From: a virus | Taxonomy: Duplodnaviria > Caudoviricetes | Length of the DNA stretch: 64,000 nucleotides | Strand: one strand, 5' to 3' | Virus record (IMG/VR): IMGVR_UViG_3300046694_000619 | Position numbers and translations under genes: made by a program | The notes under the pieces: model-generated | Told to the model about the DNA's origin: nothing | Seen by the model: only the letters and a program-made list of their open reading frames with translations | Databases searched by the model: none | In this document: positions 36,032-45,947 of the stretch, one piece after another | Layout: each line of letters begins with the position of its first letter | Position numbering within the stretch: the first letter of the stretch is position 1

Positions 36032-36278
36032 ATGTACCTCCTCACTTAAAAGCATTTGTTCAGAGGATAGAAAAGGGTCGTGTGAAGCGCAAGGAAAAGA
36101 AGGCGCAGCGGTACACAATACGGATGCGAGCGTAAAGGACGAATTTTTTACAACCTAGCAACATTGAAGGAGCTTCGAGATGGTTCTCAGGCAGGCATCG
36201 GTCATACGACCGGCCGTCAGCGCTTAAGAGTGCAGGAGGGTCCTGCACAGCTGGCGGTCGACACTCTTCGGAGTCTGT

Positions 36279-36506
36279 ATGACCAAGCCCATGACCCGCG
36301 CCCTTCGGCGTCATCATATTGCGCGCCTCAAGCGCGCCCGCCGGTTCTACTTCGGTAAGGACCTGGCGAAAGACCCGGTCGACCTCGGTATTACCGTGAC
36401 GACCGCCGCGCGCTGTTCGTGCGCAATGTGCGGAAATCCTCGTCGCATTTTCCTCGAGCTCACGATGCAGGAACGTCGTCTGTTTCAGGACATCGGTGAA
36501 GATTGA
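36279..36506 (+). CDS. small basic Cys-motif protein
   Basis: RALRRHHIARLKRAR...CSCAMCGNPRR. Confidence 0.7.
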   Translation: MTKPMTRALRRHHIARLKRARRFYFGKDLAKDPVDLGITVTTAARCSCAMCGNPRRIFLELTMQERRLFQDIGED

Positions 36507-36646
36507 GAGCCGAAACGCATATTCTCAACGCGCTGTTGCGAATATGCGTTAAAAACACTATACTGTGTTTGTGTTGGTGGCGGGAGCCGGACAGCAACGG
36601 CCCGCCGCGACGGCGAAGTATCAAGCCCTGCTGATGCAGTACATTA

Positions 36647-36721
36647 GCCCTTGTAGCTCAGTGGCAGAGCACTCCCTTGGTAAGGGAGAGGCCGACAGTT
36701 CAATCCTGTCCAGGGGCACCA
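36647..36721 (+). tRNA. tRNA-Thr(GGT)
   Basis: TT GGT AA, CCA. Confidence 0.93.
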
Positions 36722-36735
36722 GAATTTCGATTCAT

Positions 36736-36811
36736 GCCGGTGTAGCTCAGTTGGTAGAGCAACGCACTCGTAACGCGTAGGTCGGAGGTTCGAATCCTCT
36801 CTCCGGCACCA
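36736..36811 (+). tRNA. tRNA-Thr(CGT)
   Basis: CT CGT AA, CCA. Confidence 0.92.
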
Positions 36812-36830
36812 GATTTCCTACATTTTCATC

Positions 36831-37235
36831 ATGACTGCAGACACGACGACGGCGGTGTACGCGCTTCGAGAGCAGGTCACCGACCGCACCGCGGGCTATG
36901 CCGTACGGCATCCGCAGTCGGGCGCGCTCGTGTCCAATCGCAGTTTCGATAACGGCTATTGCGTCCAGCCGCTGACGTTCCCGCGCGACGAGGCTGAGGC
37001 CCATCTGGCGGAGCTCACAGCGGAAACCCGCGTCACCTGGATGCTCGAGCTGGCACCCGGTCCGTGTCCCGCATGCAAGCGCGTCATCTGGGCTGACGAC
37101 CTTGACTTCTGCTACCCGCTGAACCGGGAACGCACACTCTACCGCGCCGGCTGCAACAAGCATGACTTCGGTTGCGGGCTAGAGGTCGAAAGCGATTCTT
37201 TCGAAGGTGCCATCAGGCGCTGGAACGGGCAGTAG
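36831..37235 (+). CDS. hypothetical protein with C-terminal Zn-ribbon-like motif
   Basis: PCPAC...GC......GCG........AIRRWN. Confidence 0.7.
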   Translation: MTADTTTAVYALREQVTDRTAGYAVRHPQSGALVSNRSFDNGYCVQPLTFPRDEAEAHLAELTAETRVTWMLELAPGPCPACKRVIWADDLDFCYPLNRERTLYRAGCNKHDFGCGLEVESDSFEGAIRRWNGQ

Positions 37236-37255
37236 CTCAGCTCATCTGTCTTCAC

Positions 37256-37331
37256 GCGCCTGTAGTTCAACGGATAGAACAGTGGTCTTCTACACCATAG
37301 GTTGGGGGTTCAAATCCCTCCGGGCGCGCCA
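37256..37331 (+). tRNA. tRNA-Arg(TCT)
   Basis: CT TCT AC, CCA. Confidence 0.9.
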
Positions 37332-37396
37332 CAATTGCCAGTTTTAAGCGTTTTGTGCTATAATATCGACACTTTAGGTTAGCTTGGAGCATTATT

Positions 37397-38032
37397 ATGT
37401 CGGTATTGTCCCTTGCTCGATTCCAGGAATCAGTCACCATTCTCGGCGGCGGCAACGCTCAAGACTTACACTCGCGGCTGCTCACTGCCTGGGCCGAACC
37501 GGCGCGTCGTTACCATACCCAACAGCACCTCGAAGAAGGCCTCACCCTGGCCGACATCTGGGGCGAGCAGCTCTCGCGGCACGAGAAGGCTGAGCTTGAC
37601 CTGGGATTCTGGCTTCATGACGCCATTCTCGACCCACGCGGCACTGAGAACGAGCGTAAGAGTGCTGATATGGCCCGCGCAGAGCTCGCCAAGCTCGGAA
37701 TCCACGAGCAAACACCGGAACGCATCGCCGCGCTGGTCATGGCCACGGCACACGGCACCCCGGTGCCCGCGGGCGACTACGTGGTGGACCTGCTGCTCGA
37801 TATTGACCTCGCTATCATCGGCGCGCCAGCCGCACGCTTTGCGCAATACGAGGCACAGGTTCGGGATGAGTACAGCTTCGTCGACGATGCGGCCTATCAG
37901 GTCGGCCGCGGCAAGGTGATGGGGCATTTCCGCGCGATGGCGTTCAACGAACCGTCCACGCTATACCGTACAGTCTACGGTAGCACGTTGCTTCCGCAGG
38001 CGCGCGTCAACCTCGCCAAGTACCATCACTAA
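37397..38032 (+). CDS. HD-domain metal-dependent phosphohydrolase
   Basis: RRYHT..HL, WLHDAI, NERKSA, LLDIDLAI, YEAQVRDEY. Confidence 0.88.
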   Translation: MSVLSLARFQESVTILGGGNAQDLHSRLLTAWAEPARRYHTQQHLEEGLTLADIWGEQLSRHEKAELDLGFWLHDAILDPRGTENERKSADMARAELAKLGIHEQTPERIAALVMATAHGTPVPAGDYVVDLLLDIDLAIIGAPAARFAQYEAQVRDEYSFVDDAAYQVGRGKVMGHFRAMAFNEPSTLYRTVYGSTLLPQARVNLAKYHH

Positions 38033-38211
38033 TGCTCATCCTTTACCGACAACACGGCCGCGTGCGCATCGTGCGCACACCGCAAGCGGAGACTGGCGAA
38101 AAGTTGTGTCCGCCGGATGACGCTTACGGGATGCCGTATTCCCAACTGCCGCCGGAACAGAAGGCGCTCCTTGCCGCTGAAGAGCGCGAACGGAACGCAA
38201 AAGAACAATAA
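38032..38211 (+). CDS. hypothetical protein, 59 aa
   Basis: Overlaps the upstream stop (TAATG) and abuts the downstream ATG. Confidence 0.5.
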   Translation: MLILYRQHGRVRIVRTPQAETGEKLCPPDDAYGMPYSQLPPEQKALLAAEERERNAKEQ

Positions 38212-38718
38212 ATGGTAAATCTCGACGACTGCTACATCAATCTCGACCTGGATGGTGTCATGGTCGACTTCTACGGGGAAACCTCCCGCATTCTGGGCGC
38301 GAACTACAAGAGCCTGCCTTCCGCGCAAGCGTGGAGTGTGCTCGAGAAGATTCCGCATTTCTTCGAAAAACTGCCGATGCTCCCCGATGCACTCGAACTC
38401 TGGAAGGGACTCGAGGGTCGTGGGCGTCCGTCTCGTGTCCTGACCGCGGTTCCGAAGCCAACGGGCCTGCTCAATACGGCGCCCGGCGACAAACGCATCT
38501 GGGTGCGCGAGAACATCAGCCAGACCGTCCCGGTGCTGATTGCGCCGCACGGCGCTGCGAAGGCGGAGTGGGCCCGGCCGGGCCACATCCTCATCGACGA
38601 CCTTCAGCGCAACATCGACGCCTGGGTCGCCGCTGGCGGCATTGGCATCCTGCATCGCAGCGCGCGTGAGACACTCGAGCAGCTCGATGAGCACGCGCCG
38701 CTGCTGCAGGCGGCCTGA
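38212..38718 (+). CDS. HAD-family 5'(3')-deoxyribonucleotidase-like protein
   Basis: DLDGVMVDF, ILIDD...NI..W..AGGIGILH. Confidence 0.85.
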   Translation: MVNLDDCYINLDLDGVMVDFYGETSRILGANYKSLPSAQAWSVLEKIPHFFEKLPMLPDALELWKGLEGRGRPSRVLTAVPKPTGLLNTAPGDKRIWVRENISQTVPVLIAPHGAAKAEWARPGHILIDDLQRNIDAWVAAGGIGILHRSARETLEQLDEHAPLLQAA

Positions 38719-38766
38719 GCATCTGACCCTACAACGAAAAAAGCCCTCACACCGGAGGGCTTTTGT

Positions 38767-39132
38767 TTAGTGAAGGCAGGGCGGTTGAACATACCGTCCC
38801 CGGTTAAGCGTCTTGTGGTGGTCGTCGTGCAGGTTTCCCCACACGGTCTTCACCCTCCCATCTACCATCACCACCCATACCAGGTCGAGACGCGCCGTGA
38901 CCTGGTGCCGAATGACTCGTTTGAGTATTCGACCCGTCATGGCGCACTCAACTTCCACGATTTCGCTCGAAGCAACGACAAGCTTCGCGGAAAGGTGGCC
39001 GGTCAGGTCGCCGTAGCGGTCCTCGTGTGCGGCCAAAAGTGCATGGCGGGTGTAGTGCAGCGACAAGGCTCCAGGGGTCTGGAACAGCCGCACCGGCGCA
39101 TAAACATCCTTATGAAAAAGCATAGTTTGCAT
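38767..39132 (-). CDS. hypothetical phage-like protein
   Basis: GAGG RBS; YTRHA...DRYG, VKTVW.N...D.H.TL....Y. Confidence 0.7.
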   Translation of the reverse strand: MQTMLFHKDVYAPVRLFQTPGALSLHYTRHALLAAHEDRYGDLTGHLSAKLVVASSEIVEVECAMTGRILKRVIRHQVTARLDLVWVVMVDGRVKTVWGNLHDDHHKTLNRGRYVQPPCLH

Positions 39133-39333
39133 GATGTACCTCAAAATGGATTTGGCACTCACTGACACGTACACTCGAACAAGGGGATACCCAGCGGTTT
39201 CCTCGAATTCGTATAGCTCAGAGAGTGCCCATCGCAGAGGTAACAACCGCGCAGGTCTGCCACATTTCGGATATTGCATTCAGAGGGGTCTAACGCGTTA
39301 ATGCTGTTTTATGATATAATGCAACTTCAGTGA

Positions 39334-39628
39334 GTCAGACTCATGGGCGGTAGGCTTAGAAGCAGCCAGCGGCGTGAAAACCCGCGTACCGATAATGAGT
39401 GGTGATAGGCGCGTGTGACCGTGGAACTGTTCACCCTGATGAACACCACAGACCCGTGAGATTCGCGGGCACTGGAAGCAGGGCGAGGATGGCAGATACC
39501 GAAGGACTGATGCTGCATGGACGTGGAGCGGCATCGGAGAAGGCAAGCCATCAGGAAAAAAGGTTGCGAGGGCGTTGTCCCCTGAAATGACCAATAACCT
39601 TTGGCGTGAAAGCACACCTGGGTTTGAC
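39334..39628 (+). ncRNA. RNA containing a split mimic of the 23S rRNA L11-binding domain (H43/H44)
   Basis: GGCTTAGAAGCAGCCA and GCGTGAAAGCACAC closed by GTCAGACTCA/TGGGTTTGAC; extended -10 promoter at 39312-39320. Confidence 0.7.
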
Positions 39629-39709
39629 CTGCTGACGCCCTGGACTCGCGGGCGTTAAAACGAGGAGGGAGTCCGGTGGAAGCCCGGCACCGAATACACG
39701 GAGAAGCCA

Positions 39710-40048
39710 ATGGCTGAGAATTTTGATACCACGCCGTACTACCGCAAGCTGGCCAGCAATGAGCCTCTCACCGAGGACGAAATCGTCTCGCTGCTAAAGG
39801 CTGTGGATTCGTTTCGAAACGCGACCGCCTATCTGGCGGACTGCCATGCCGCAACGCTCGAGAGCATGCCGCGTTCTGCGTCCAAGTCCGCGCGTACGCG
39901 CATGGAATCCATCTGCAAGACGTCGGCCGAGCTGCTCGACGGCGGCTACAACCCGTTGACTCATCGCTCCACGCCCGACGCCGCGCAGAAGCGCTGTTTG
40001 CGAGTCATCGAAGAAAGCAAGGCGCTCGTCGGGCCGGTCGGTACCTGA
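39710..40048 (+). CDS. hypothetical protein
   Basis: GGAG RBS, 112 aa. Confidence 0.7.
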   Translation: MAENFDTTPYYRKLASNEPLTEDEIVSLLKAVDSFRNATAYLADCHAATLESMPRSASKSARTRMESICKTSAELLDGGYNPLTHRSTPDAAQKRCLRVIEESKALVGPVGT

Positions 40049-40142
40049 GCCATCGTTCGAGCCCAGATTATGCGCGGGCGCGGAGCGTGCTAGCCGTTGC
40101 AGAGGAGCCGGTGACGTCTGCCTGAAAACACAAAGAGGTGGC

Positions 40143-40544
40143 ATGAAAAACTACATTCTCGCTGTCATTTCTACAGTCTTGATGAATAGTGCATATGCCA
40201 CGTATGCCAATGGCATCATCCCCGCAGGCGCCATGCTCCCCGCTCGAGTGAGCCGCATGGATGAGCATTCGGTCCGGGCGCAAGTTGTTGCGCCGAAAGA
40301 GCAGGGGTTGTCGGACACGATTGCCGCCGCTGTGACAGGGTGTGTCGTATATGGGTCGCGCGCTTTCCTTACCCACGACCGCATTCACATGCAGTTCGAC
40401 ATACTCAAGTGCGCAGGAAGGCGGGCAATACCCATCAAGGCTGTCGCGGTATCCCGCGGGGACCACCAGGTTGGCTTGCATGCTCTGGCGGACGTGGGCA
40501 CCCCGATGAGCATCCTGCTCCTCGACAGCGTGAAAACGCCATAG
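40143..40544 (+). CDS. secreted protein, weakly TrbI/VirB10 C-domain-like
   Basis: Signal peptide, IPAGAML.A.V, G......DRI...F..L. Confidence 0.5.
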   Translation: MKNYILAVISTVLMNSAYATYANGIIPAGAMLPARVSRMDEHSVRAQVVAPKEQGLSDTIAAAVTGCVVYGSRAFLTHDRIHMQFDILKCAGRRAIPIKAVAVSRGDHQVGLHALADVGTPMSILLLDSVKTP

Positions 40545-40619
40545 TCGTCAGCCTGCTTAACCCCGTCAAAGAAGACAAAAACACCAACCCATAAGGCATA
40601 AAAGCCAAAGGAAAGCATC

Positions 40620-41066
40620 ATGACCACATTGCTCGAACGCATCCGCCAGGACTCCCTGGCTGCCCGCAAAGCGCGGGAATCGAACAAGGCGCTATTCCTG
40701 ACGACGCTGTTGTCGGAAGCCGGCCGTGTCGGTAAGGACGATGGCAACCGCGAGTCGACCGACGCGGAAGTTACCGCGACCATAAAAAAGTTCATTAAGA
40801 ACACCGACGAAACGCTGCGCGTGCTGCCGGCTGGTTCGGCCGCTCGAGTGCAACCCGAAGCCGAGCTGGCCATCCTGAATGCCTACCTTCCGCGCCAGGC
40901 GAGCGAAGATGAAGTGCGCGCCGCCGTGGCCCGTTACGTCGCCGAGCTCGCCGAGCGCAACCCGAAGCAGATGGGTGTTGTGATGGGCAAGCTCAATGCC
41001 GAGTTCGAAGGCAACTTCGACAAGGGGGTTGCGAGCAAGCTGGTCAAGGAAGCGCTCGCAGGCTAA
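40620..41066 (+). CDS. GatB/YqeY domain protein
   Basis: E..IL..YLP.Q..E.E, K.MG.VMG.L, 148 aa. Confidence 0.88.
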   Translation: MTTLLERIRQDSLAARKARESNKALFLTTLLSEAGRVGKDDGNRESTDAEVTATIKKFIKNTDETLRVLPAGSAARVQPEAELAILNAYLPRQASEDEVRAAVARYVAELAERNPKQMGVVMGKLNAEFEGNFDKGVASKLVKEALAG

Positions 41067-41209
41067 CGGTCTGTCCCGATTGCCGAAACCACTTTTGACG
41101 AAACCGGCGAACGGTCGCTGCCAGGACAAGGCATTGGGCGCCTCCTAGAGGCTATACGGGGTTAGGCCAAATCTGTGGGCCACAACCCATCTCTATGAGG
41201 ACCCGAGTA

Positions 41210-41443
41210 ATGAAAACCATCCCGCAAAAGCTGTTTGACGCTGCCGACAACCACGGCGAGGATTCCGAGCCGGACCACACCGTCGGCGACCTGCAGGACC
41301 TTTTTTCTGCAGCATGGAACCTGATGACCGCCGAGCAGAAGCAAGCGCTGCTGATATGCGACGCTGTCGAAAACATCGTCGACATGGGTGCTCGCAGCGA
41401 GTTCGAGGTCGCAGACCTGCTCAACCAGCTGGATTCGGAATAA
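41210..41443 (+). CDS. hypothetical protein
   Basis: acidic 77-aa ORF with RBS. Confidence 0.6.
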   Translation: MKTIPQKLFDAADNHGEDSEPDHTVGDLQDLFSAAWNLMTAEQKQALLICDAVENIVDMGARSEFEVADLLNQLDSE

Positions 41444-41619
41444 CGGGCAACCCGTCTCATACCCCGCGCAACGCTGTTGCCGGGGTTTTTTAACGTCCAC
41501 CGTGCCACCGGACAATGGTATGGCGGCTGCCGTTGTAAGCATGTCTCGAAAGGTCACGATGCGATAAAATGGCGGTCGACGTCCACAGATTGCGTGGCTT
41601 CGAATTTAAGGAAGGGTTC

Positions 41620-42123
41620 ATGTTTCGTTTCAAATGCGGCAACTGCGACGAATGGCACGAGGGTGCACCAAGTCTGGCCTGCCAAGTTCCGGATATGCTT
41701 CTTGCCGTACCGCCAAAGGAACGCCGGGCGCGGGTTCAAATTGGCTCCGAAGTTGCAGTTCTGGACGAGAAGCATTTCTTTATTCGCGCCTGCATGAACG
41801 TGCCTATCCAGGGCACCGAAGCTCACTTCACGTGGGGTTTGTGGGCAGATGTTTCCTCGCGCGACTTCTTCGACTACTGCGAACTGTCAGAGAAGGGTGC
41901 CGTCGGCGGCCCGTACCAGGGCAGGCTCGCGAACTCGCTGCCGTTCTACCCCGACTGCCTAAGCATCCCGGTCTCGGTTCAACCCCAATCCGGCGACCAG
42001 CGGCCGTTGCTGCTCACGCCAGATGGCGAAAGCAGCCTTGCACGGCATCTCAGAGAGGGCATGCCCGAGCAGGACGCTAAAGCGTATTTCGAGCGCGTGT
42101 TGCACCCAGGTGCCCCGCACTGA
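41620..42123 (+). CDS. DUF2199-like protein
   Basis: FKCGNCDEWHEG, FFIR....PI, FTWGLW..VS, G.LAN.LP.YP. Confidence 0.75.
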   Translation: MFRFKCGNCDEWHEGAPSLACQVPDMLLAVPPKERRARVQIGSEVAVLDEKHFFIRACMNVPIQGTEAHFTWGLWADVSSRDFFDYCELSEKGAVGGPYQGRLANSLPFYPDCLSIPVSVQPQSGDQRPLLLTPDGESSLARHLREGMPEQDAKAYFERVLHPGAPH

Positions 42124-42139
42124 CAACCAGGAGAACACC

Positions 42140-42331
42140 ATGGCTGATTGCTTCTATCATGGCCAATCGCTGCCGGGCCCGTGCCCCGATTGCGACCGCG
42201 CACAACAGCTCAAGCTGGCGCCTCAATGTGTCGAGTCGACCATCACGCCGATTCCGATGGAAGAGCGATACGACGCTCTGGGCCGGCTCTTCCTTGAGCA
42301 ACTGCGAACGGGCGGCAAGTCCGCAGTTTGA
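42140..42331 (+). CDS. hypothetical protein
   Basis: AGGAG RBS; C..H......C..C. Confidence 0.55.
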   Translation: MADCFYHGQSLPGPCPDCDRAQQLKLAPQCVESTITPIPMEERYDALGRLFLEQLRTGGKSAV

Positions 42332-42408
42332 TGGTCCAAGCGACTCTTACCTGTCTGGGCCGGACGAAAGAAAACCCCGCACGTGGCGGGGCGTGTAGAG
42401 AAGGGCGG

Positions 42409-43077
42409 TTAGTCCTCGATGCAAAACGTGACTATCAGCTCCTGTAGCGCGGTACCGATATTTGTCACGCCACCCTCACCCATGGTGGTTTGGCACTGAA
42501 CGATAGCTTTCTTCAAAAAGTCCGGCCTGTACGGGCCGTACACCGAAAACATCTCGGACAGCGCAATGGCCGCTGCCGTGACATCCATCACACCGCGCTC
42601 AGCTTTAAGCACGGCCTTCAGCACCATCAAGCCAATGTCGACTTGCGGATTCGTGTGCAGCAACACGCGCGCACGGTCGAGTTCAACCTGTGACACCGTC
42701 AGCCCGTCCTCAGCGATTGCCTGGTCCTCATCGGAGTGGTCCGGTTCGCCATGCAAGTTTCCGTCGAGAAAGGCCTGGAAGTTGTCGCCCATTATTCCGA
42801 TGACTTCCAGCGCGCCATAGCCTGTTTTCTGCATGTCGCGGAAAGTGCGGATGCGCGGATACAGAAAATCGACCGGGAATTTCGGGTTGCGGTCCGAAAG
42901 AATCTTCGCAGCTGCTGCGTAGAAACCGGGTGTGCCTTCTGGCTCGTGGACAACGACAAGGCCCATCATGCCGGCCATGAGCGTCTGCAGCAGACTGTCG
43001 AGAAACGTCTGAGCCTGCGCAAGCTCATGTTCCGTGTAGCCAGGCATCGTGTCGTACTGTTCGGGTTTGCTCATCAT
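42409..43077 (-). CDS. hypothetical protein
   Basis: GAGG RBS before MMSKPEQ; the longer ORF call is upstream read-through. Confidence 0.7.
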   Translation of the reverse strand: MMSKPEQYDTMPGYTEHELAQAQTFLDSLLQTLMAGMMGLVVVHEPEGTPGFYAAAAKILSDRNPKFPVDFLYPRIRTFRDMQKTGYGALEVIGIMGDNFQAFLDGNLHGEPDHSDEDQAIAEDGLTVSQVELDRARVLLHTNPQVDIGLMVLKAVLKAERGVMDVTAAAIALSEMFSVYGPYRPDFLKKAIVQCQTTMGEGGVTNIGTALQELIVTFCIED

Positions 43078-43169
43078 GTTCCTCATCAAAAGTTGGGTAC
43101 CTGCTGTCGTATAGCCGCCGCACGCTCGCCAAAAAAGAAGAAAGCCCGCTTTGGCGGGCTTTTCATCGT

Positions 43170-45797
43170 TCAGGTCAGGCTCCGCTTGAGCCGGCGCAGC
43201 TTGATGCGCGCCATCCGCGGCAAGACGAACGGGTCCCAGCGCAGTTCGGTCAGGCCGACCATCATCAGGCCGGCGACATAGGGCAGCGACAGGATGACCA
43301 GCACGCTCGTCCATGACTCGACTTCCAGCGACTCCTCCGGATAGATGGTCAGCGCGCCGCATGCCGCGGCAATCAGCAGCGTGCCCAGCCAGATTTCGCG
43401 CTTGATGGCCGGGAACGACGTCACCGAACCTGCCTTCTTCTTCGCCGTCACGATGAACGCCGCGTGCTTGCCGAGCAGCCCGGTCAGGACGCCTTCGGCA
43501 ATCGCGTAGGTCAGCGCCACGCTGGCGAGCGCCGCGCCGAATGTGTCGCTCCAGGACGTGCCTACCTTCCGCTTGAAGAGCCATACGCCCATCACTGCGC
43601 GGAACACCGGTACGACGAACACGAGCGCGACCATGGCAGGCGCCGGCGGGCCGAACACCCGGGGGTACGCGGCCATGCCCATGGTCCACGCGAGCGCAAC
43701 AATAGACCCCATGACCTGCGCAGCTTCGCTGACCCACGGCAACCACCCCGCGACGAAGTGGTAGCGCTGCGCGAGTGTCAGTTTGCTGCGGCCGAAGATT
43801 GTCTTCGCATGCCCACGCATAATCTGCATGGCGCCAAGCGCCCACCGGCGACGCTGGCTGCGGAACGCCGCGAAGGTCGCCGGCGCCAGCCCGCGGCCGA
43901 ACACTTCGTCGACGTAACGGGTCTCGTGACCAGCTGCCAAGATGCGCAGGCCCAGCTCTGCGTCTTCGCAGATGGTCCACGTCGCCCAGCCGCCCAGTTC
44001 ACGCAGCACGCTCGCACGCATGAGCGCCATCGTGCCGTGCTGAATAATACTGTCGCGCGCCGCACGGTGGTGCATACCCACCCGGAAGAAGCCGTCGAAC
44101 TCGTACGCGGCCCAGCGCGCAAGGCGGTCATTCTCGAAATCACGGTGCGCCTGCGGTGCCTGCACGAGCGCAACCGGAGCCTCAGCAAAGTGCCCTACGA
44201 GGTCGTGCAGCCAGTTCGGCTCGACCACGTAGTCCGCGTCCACCACGCCGATGACATCAGCATCCGTGTGCGTTTGTTCCAGCGCGTGATTCAGCGCTTC
44301 CGCCTTGAATCCAGGGCAGAACGGCAGATGCCAGAAACGAAAATGCTCGGCGTGCTCGGCTACCCACGCCTGCACCGGCCGCCACAGGTTCTCATCCTTC
44401 GTGTTGTTGTCGACCACCAGGACTTCGAAGTTGCGATAGTTCAGCGCGGCAAAGCTTTCGAGCGTAGCAATCACCATCTCCGGCGGCTCGTTCGCGCAAG
44501 CCAGATGAAGGCTGACGAACGGCTCCGGCTCGCCATCAGCAAGCGGCTTGCGCTGATGCAACTCCGTCACGCCCTTGCGACCGAGCACCTCGAGACCTTC
44601 GAACAACTGCACCCAAAGCACGACGACACAAAGCGCAGTCATCGGCGTCAGCAAGCCATACAGAACGAGTCGCGATGCGGAGTACAAGCCATCGAAGGAC
44701 AGGGCGTACGAGCCCAGATAGGCCGCGCCGCCAAATAGCGCCATTCCCATCAACAGTCGGCACCCGACGTTCCAGGTGCGCGCAAGATACATGGCCAGCA
44801 GGACAAACGGGGCAACCACGATGAATAGCCGGGAAGCGAGAAGCGGAAAGTTAGCCGTTTTCCAGACGGTGCCTGCGGCATGAATCTTCAGATGGCGGTC
44901 GCCATCCCAGATGCCCCAAAATGCACCCGCACGACCCTCAATTTCAGATTTGTACGGCTGGTCGAATGCCTCGATGATGTAATAGTCCGCGCCGACGGCA
45001 GCAGCCTGCTGCACAAAGGAGCGCAGATACATAGTTTCGTTTTGCAGACTCGCTTTCGCGTGACCCACCGTATCGCCGGCTGACGGCCAGCCGGTTTCGG
45101 TCACCACGATTTTCTTGCCCGGAAACTTCTCCTGCATCAGCTTCAGCCGCGAAATCGAAAAATCTACGGCCTTGTCGGCAGGGACATCATCCCAGTAGGG
45201 AAGCAAGTGCACCGCGATGAAGTCAACGTGCTTCGCAAGCTCGGGCTGCGTGAGCCACATGGTCCACGGCTCAGCCGTCGACACGGGCTTCTTTGTTTTC
45301 TTCTTCACTTCGTCGAGGTAGCTCGCCAGTTGCTCCGCGGTGATGTCGCCGCGCACCAATGTTTCGTTGCCCACGAGCAGCCGGCTGACGTTGGGGAGCT
45401 TCGAATTTTCGATGAGCGCATCGAGCTCGCGCCGGTCGGTACCCTGGTTGCCCTGGAGCCAGGCGCCCGCGGTCACGTCGATGCCGTAGTCGTTCGCGAT
45501 GGCGGCCACGTTCGGGCCTTCATTCGAGGCATAAAGGCGCAGACGGTGCGTGTGCTTGGCAAGGATGGCCATGTCATCACGAACCTGAGCTTCGGAGGGA
45601 TACCGCCCCTTCAGGGGGTCCTGGTCTGGCCGATAACCGGAGTAGGTGACGCCGGCGAGCTGACCGTCCCATGAGGGCGCGGTCACAGGCGCTTGAGTCC
45701 AGGTCCAGACGGCGAGCACCGCGGCGGCGGCCACAGCGCATAGAATGGTTGCGACGAGCAGATGCCCGCATCGCTTGAAGAACGACGGAGAGGTCAC
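43170..45797 (-). CDS. GH17 + GT2 beta-glucan synthase (NdvB-like)
   Basis: VGNE, VTETGWPS, EAFDQ (GH17); DN.T.D, GFKA.ALN, DADY, ICED.ELG, QRRRW (GT2). Confidence 0.88.
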   Translation of the reverse strand: MTSPSFFKRCGHLLVATILCAVAAAAVLAVWTWTQAPVTAPSWDGQLAGVTYSGYRPDQDPLKGRYPSEAQVRDDMAILAKHTHRLRLYASNEGPNVAAIANDYGIDVTAGAWLQGNQGTDRRELDALIENSKLPNVSRLLVGNETLVRGDITAEQLASYLDEVKKKTKKPVSTAEPWTMWLTQPELAKHVDFIAVHLLPYWDDVPADKAVDFSISRLKLMQEKFPGKKIVVTETGWPSAGDTVGHAKASLQNETMYLRSFVQQAAAVGADYYIIEAFDQPYKSEIEGRAGAFWGIWDGDRHLKIHAAGTVWKTANFPLLASRLFIVVAPFVLLAMYLARTWNVGCRLLMGMALFGGAAYLGSYALSFDGLYSASRLVLYGLLTPMTALCVVVLWVQLFEGLEVLGRKGVTELHQRKPLADGEPEPFVSLHLACANEPPEMVIATLESFAALNYRNFEVLVVDNNTKDENLWRPVQAWVAEHAEHFRFWHLPFCPGFKAEALNHALEQTHTDADVIGVVDADYVVEPNWLHDLVGHFAEAPVALVQAPQAHRDFENDRLARWAAYEFDGFFRVGMHHRAARDSIIQHGTMALMRASVLRELGGWATWTICEDAELGLRILAAGHETRYVDEVFGRGLAPATFAAFRSQRRRWALGAMQIMRGHAKTIFGRSKLTLAQRYHFVAGWLPWVSEAAQVMGSIVALAWTMGMAAYPRVFGPPAPAMVALVFVVPVFRAVMGVWLFKRKVGTSWSDTFGAALASVALTYAIAEGVLTGLLGKHAAFIVTAKKKAGSVTSFPAIKREIWLGTLLIAAACGALTIYPEESLEVESWTSVLVILSLPYVAGLMMVGLTELRWDPFVLPRMARIKLRRLKRSLT

Positions 45798-45947
45798 GTT
45801 GGCCTCGGGTTGCCTCAGCAACAAAAGGGGTTGGAATCGCACTAATATAGCATCAAATATGCTATATGCCAACTTCCCCTAGGTGATTGCCCTTTCCCGC
45901 TATACGTGGAGAGGCAATACCGCCCGGACAACCTGAATGGAATCAAC

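Noticed and set aside
39353-39368. 23S rRNA gene fragment
   Set aside because: Similarity is limited to the H43 and H44 motifs with unrelated flanks; reported as a mimic RNA instead
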